From assembly GCA_963766735.1 (NCBI GenBank), contig CAVYBU010000008.1, forward strand, positions 160,001 to 224,000: a stretch of DNA of 64,000 nucleotides, read 5' to 3'. Under the pieces are notes generated by a model. The model worked only from the letters and a program-made list of their open reading frames with translations. It was not told where the DNA came from and searched no databases. Below, in pieces: positions 60,904-64,000 of this stretch. Every line of letters begins with the position of its first letter. Positions within the stretch are counted from its first letter, which is position 1. The position numbers and the translations under genes were made by a program. The DNA comes from an uncultured Chloroflexia bacterium (GTDB lineage: Bacteria > Chloroflexota > Limnocylindria > Limnocylindrales > CSP1-4).

Positions 60904-61836
60904 ATGCTCAGCCCCGACCGCATCGCCATCGCCCCCGAGGTTGCCGACGCCCTGCGCGACAACCGTCCCGTCGTCGCCCTCGAGTCGACGCTCATCACAC
61001 ACGGATTCGCCTACCCGGGCAACATCGAGGTCGCCGCCGCGTCGGAGCTGGCCGTCCGGTCCGCCGGCGCCGTGCCCGCGACCGTCGCGCTCCATGACGG
61101 TCGCCTGCTGGTGGGCCTGTCCGCCGAACAGCTGGAGTTCCTGGCGACGGCCCCGCGCGGCACCGTGCAGAAGGTCGCGCGTCCGAGCCTCGCCGCGGCC
61201 ATCGCCTGGGGCGGGTGGGGCGCCACGACCGTCTCCGCCACGATGATCGCCGCCCACGCCGTGGGCATCCGCGTGTTCGCGACCGGCGGCATCGGCGGGG
61301 TTCACCGCGGCGCCCTCGGTGGTGAGCGGCCCAGCCTCGACATCTCCGCCGACCTCGGTGAGCTGGCTCGCACCCCTGTGACGGTCGTCTGCGCAGGCCC
61401 CAAGGCCATCCTGGACGTGCCGCTCACGCTCGAGTACCTCGAGACGCATGGCGTGCCGGTCCTGGCCGTCGGGACGGACGAGCTGCCCGGGTTCTACTCG
61501 CGCGGAAGCGGGATCCCCGCGCCCCAGTCCGTGCCCGACATCGCGGCGGCGGCGGCCGTCGTCCAGGCACACGAGTCGCTGGGGCTTGGATCCGGGATCC
61601 TTGTCTGCACGCCGGTGCCCGAGGCCGACGCCCTCCCGGACGACGTCGCCCGCGAAGCGATCGCCCAGGCGGTCCACGAGGCCGATCGGGCGGGCATCAC
61701 CGGCCCCGCCGTGACGCCGTGGCTGCTGGCGCGCGTGGCGGCGATCACCGACGGCGCGTCCGTCGTGGCCAACACCTCGCTGATCCTCAATGACGCACGG
61801 GTCGCGGGCGAGCTGGCGGTCGCGCTCGCGGGCTGA
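60904..61836 (+). CDS. psuG: Pseudouridine-5'-phosphate glycosidase
   Basis: VVALESTLITHG, GATTVSATM, ATGGIGGVHRG, DISADL, KAILD and GPAVTPWLL. Confidence 0.93.
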   Translation: MLSPDRIAIAPEVADALRDNRPVVALESTLITHGFAYPGNIEVAAASELAVRSAGAVPATVALHDGRLLVGLSAEQLEFLATAPRGTVQKVARPSLAAAIAWGGWGATTVSATMIAAHAVGIRVFATGGIGGVHRGALGGERPSLDISADLGELARTPVTVVCAGPKAILDVPLTLEYLETHGVPVLAVGTDELPGFYSRGSGIPAPQSVPDIAAAAAVVQAHESLGLGSGILVCTPVPEADALPDDVAREAIAQAVHEADRAGITGPAVTPWLLARVAAITDGASVVANTSLILNDARVAGELAVALAG

Positions 61837-61854
61837 GACCTGCGCGGTCCGGCT

Positions 61855-62037
61855 GTGACGTACCCGATCCGTGTGTGGACCGCAGTCACCGAATCCTCGG
61901 TCACGGACGCGTTTGCGGCCATCTGCGCCTTGTCTGTGGCCGGGGCGCTGATTACACTCGCGACGATCGTGGTCTTCCGGTCCAGCGAGCGGCGTGCGAG
62001 GGATCGGGGCCTGCTCGACCGGACCACCGGCTCGTAG
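61855..62037 (+). CDS. Possible small single-TM protein
   Basis: One hydrophobic segment followed by a basic tail; no recognisable family. Confidence 0.35.
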   Translation: MTYPIRVWTAVTESSVTDAFAAICALSVAGALITLATIVVFRSSERRARDRGLLDRTTGS

Positions 62038-62082
62038 CACCCGGTCAACGCCCGGGGGCGGGCGGCGCAGCGAGGAGCAGCA

Positions 62083-62601
62083 ATGCGGATCTACGAGGGG
62101 AGCCCGCGGCAGGATTTCGAGGAGGTCTTCCGGTCGATCGGCGCCTTTCTCGATGAACGCGGCATGCGGGACATCCTGCTGCTCGAGGTGCCGGACGGGT
62201 TCGTCGTCCAGGGGCTGGTCATGGCCGGTGGGTCGACCTCGGCGTGGTCCGAGGCGATCGGGACGCAGACCAAGGAGACCCTGACCTTCGTCGATGACGA
62301 CATCGCCAAGTTCATGGAGGAGGCCGCGACGCGTCGCGGTGACGTAGAGCAACCGGCCCCGACGAACGTGGGTCACGAAGGCGCCCTGCGCGTGATCGGA
62401 CGCTGGATCGACGAGCAGAAGCCGAAGGACGTGTTCCTGTTCGAGCAGGAGGGTGCCTACGTGGTCCGGCTCCTCATGGCCGGCCAGTCGGGCGCCCACC
62501 ATCAGCTGGCCGAGTTCACCCGTGACGACGTCTCGTCGCTGGTGGCCCAGGGCCCGATGCATCGGGGAGGCAAGGCCGACCCCGGCGCCCCCGCCTCGTG
62601 A
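62083..62601 (+). CDS. Hypothetical protein with an internal two-fold repeat
   Basis: GAGGAG SD; FEEVFRSIGAFLDE..RDILLLE repeated as HEGALRVIGRWIDE..KDVFLFE. Confidence 0.8.
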   Translation: MRIYEGSPRQDFEEVFRSIGAFLDERGMRDILLLEVPDGFVVQGLVMAGGSTSAWSEAIGTQTKETLTFVDDDIAKFMEEAATRRGDVEQPAPTNVGHEGALRVIGRWIDEQKPKDVFLFEQEGAYVVRLLMAGQSGAHHQLAEFTRDDVSSLVAQGPMHRGGKADPGAPAS

Positions 62602-62662
62602 CAGGGCGCCCGACACCGGGCACAATCAGTAGCGATATGTCGTAGCAAGGAGGCCCAAGCCC

Positions 62663-62818
62663 ATGAAGGCGCTGCGGACCGTTGCCGTCGCGCTCGGGGT
62701 CACCCTGGGCGCACTGATCATCATCCCCATGGTCGTGCTGGCCGGACTCTTCGTCTGGCTGAAGCTGACCGAGGAGGACGACGAGGAGGCCCTGGAGCTC
62801 GAGCAGGAAGGCGCCTGA
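62663..62818 (+). CDS. 51-aa small membrane protein with an acidic tail (below the ORF-track cutoff)
   Basis: AAGGAGG SD; MKALRTVAVALGVTLGALIIIPMVVLAGLFVWLKLTEEDDEEALELEQEGA; GC-rich third positions. Confidence 0.75.
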   Translation: MKALRTVAVALGVTLGALIIIPMVVLAGLFVWLKLTEEDDEEALELEQEGA

Positions 62819-62940
62819 TCGCGTCGTCCACCCCGGCGGGCCCCCGGCCCGTCGATCCCTCGAATTCGCGTTCGACGCCCGCCATCCCGGCGGGCGTCTC
62901 CGCGTCCCCGTCAGGCCTCGCGTCTCCCGCGGGCGTCTCT

Positions 62941-63882
62941 GTGCCTCCGCCAGTCGCCGCCGGGTCGCCCCGTGATCGCCGCCTGGCCGAAGCCGGCATG
63001 CTCCTCACGGTCCTGATCTGGTCGGCCAACTTCGTCGTGGTCAAGGCGGCAATCGCCGAGCTGGGCCCGCTCACCTTCACGTCTGCCCGGTTCGTCATCG
63101 CCACCCTCACCCTGTTCCTGCTGGTCCGCTGGCGCACGGGGGCGATCCGCCGGCCCACCGGGCTCACCCTGCAGCTGATCGGCCTGGGCATGCTGGGGTT
63201 CGGCTGCTACCAGGTGGCGTGGACTCTCGGGCTGACACAGATCACCGCTGGCGACTCGGCGCTGATCGTGGCGGCATCCCCGGTGCTCGTCGCGCTGCTG
63301 GCCGGAGCTCTGGGGATGGACCGCCTGACGCCCCCGAAGCTGGCGGGCGCGCTGACGGCGTTCGTCGGGGTGGCGCTCGTCATCGCCGGCGGTCACGAGC
63401 TGACGCTGGGGGCCTCGCTGGCAGGCGACGCGCTCACGCTAGCGGCGGCCGTGTTCTGGGCGGTCTACACGGTGCTCGGAACGAGATTGCTCCGGCGCGT
63501 TGATCCCCTGCAGGCGACGGCCTGGACCGTCCTGGGTGGGACGCTGCTGCTGGTCCCGCTCGGGATCTGGGAGGCGGCCACCTCGCCGGCCGTCGTGGTG
63601 ACGCTGCCGGTGGTCGTGGCGGTGCTCTTCTCGGGCGCACTGGCCGTGGGGACGGCGAACGTGCTCGTGTTCAATGCCATTCGCCACATCGGGCCCACGC
63701 GGACCTCGGCGAGCCAGCTCCTGGTACCGGCGGGTGCCGTCATCCTGGGTGCGCTCTTCCTCGCCGAGCCGGTCCGGCCGGCCCAGGTCGTGGGCGGCGC
63801 GGTGATCATCCTGGGGCTGTGGCTGACGAGGCGGGGCAGCGTCCTGCCGACAAGCGTGCGGGCGCGGCTGCCGGGGGCCTGA
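62941..63882 (+). CDS. EamA/DMT family transporter
   Basis: IWSANFVVVK, ARF, GVALV and IGPTR; about 10 TMs. Confidence 0.9.
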   Translation: MPPPVAAGSPRDRRLAEAGMLLTVLIWSANFVVVKAAIAELGPLTFTSARFVIATLTLFLLVRWRTGAIRRPTGLTLQLIGLGMLGFGCYQVAWTLGLTQITAGDSALIVAASPVLVALLAGALGMDRLTPPKLAGALTAFVGVALVIAGGHELTLGASLAGDALTLAAAVFWAVYTVLGTRLLRRVDPLQATAWTVLGGTLLLVPLGIWEAATSPAVVVTLPVVVAVLFSGALAVGTANVLVFNAIRHIGPTRTSASQLLVPAGAVILGALFLAEPVRPAQVVGGAVIILGLWLTRRGSVLPTSVRARLPGA

Positions 63883-63883
63883 T

Positions 63884-64000
63884 CTACCAGCGATCCCAGC
63901 GCGCGAACTCCTCGAACGGCACCCAGCCCGTGTGAGGCTCCGCGACTCGCAGACCCCTCTTGCGTCGGCTGGGACACTTGCGCACCGTGGCGCATCTACC
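63884..64000 (-). CDS. Possible C-terminus of a gene entering from the right edge
   Basis: Open frame ...PHTGWVPFEEFARWDRW* converging on the DMT stop; too short to assign. Confidence 0.3.
   Translation of the reverse strand, partial: GRCATVRKCPSRRKRGLRVAEPHTGWVPFEEFARWDRW

Overview
This is a very GC-rich bacterial window. Gene content and style suggest Chloroflexota, possibly Ca. Limnocylindria (inference). The left half (1-31.4 kb) is a coherent one-carbon/selenium neighbourhood: a HisKA_3 sensor kinase, a three-gene selenocysteine formate dehydrogenase (in-frame UGA at 11795-11797 with a SECIS hairpin), and formamidase, AmiS/UreI and FmdB genes inserted between the FDH subunits. It also holds four non-pyrrolysine MttB-family methyltransferases, a PotABCD-type ABC importer, an FAD amine oxidoreductase, the full Sec machinery (selD, tRNA-Sec, selA, selB), mobA and a YtcJ/NfdA-type amidohydrolase. 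The FDH diaphorase (NuoE-F fusion) has a remodelled nucleotide pocket (GEET changed to GEGT, adenine-stacking Phe residues lost), hinting at an NADP(H) or other non-NAD acceptor. The right half carries a secreted Gln/Thr-repeat protein with a two-component system, repair genes (Mre11/Rad50-like YhaON, photolyase), an LCP protein, CorA, citrate synthase, a pentose-phosphate operon, pseudouridine catabolism and transporters. Many genes look leaderless. Frameshifts are frequent, especially after about 50 kb, and look like sequencing indels. No CRISPR array, rRNA or transposase was seen.
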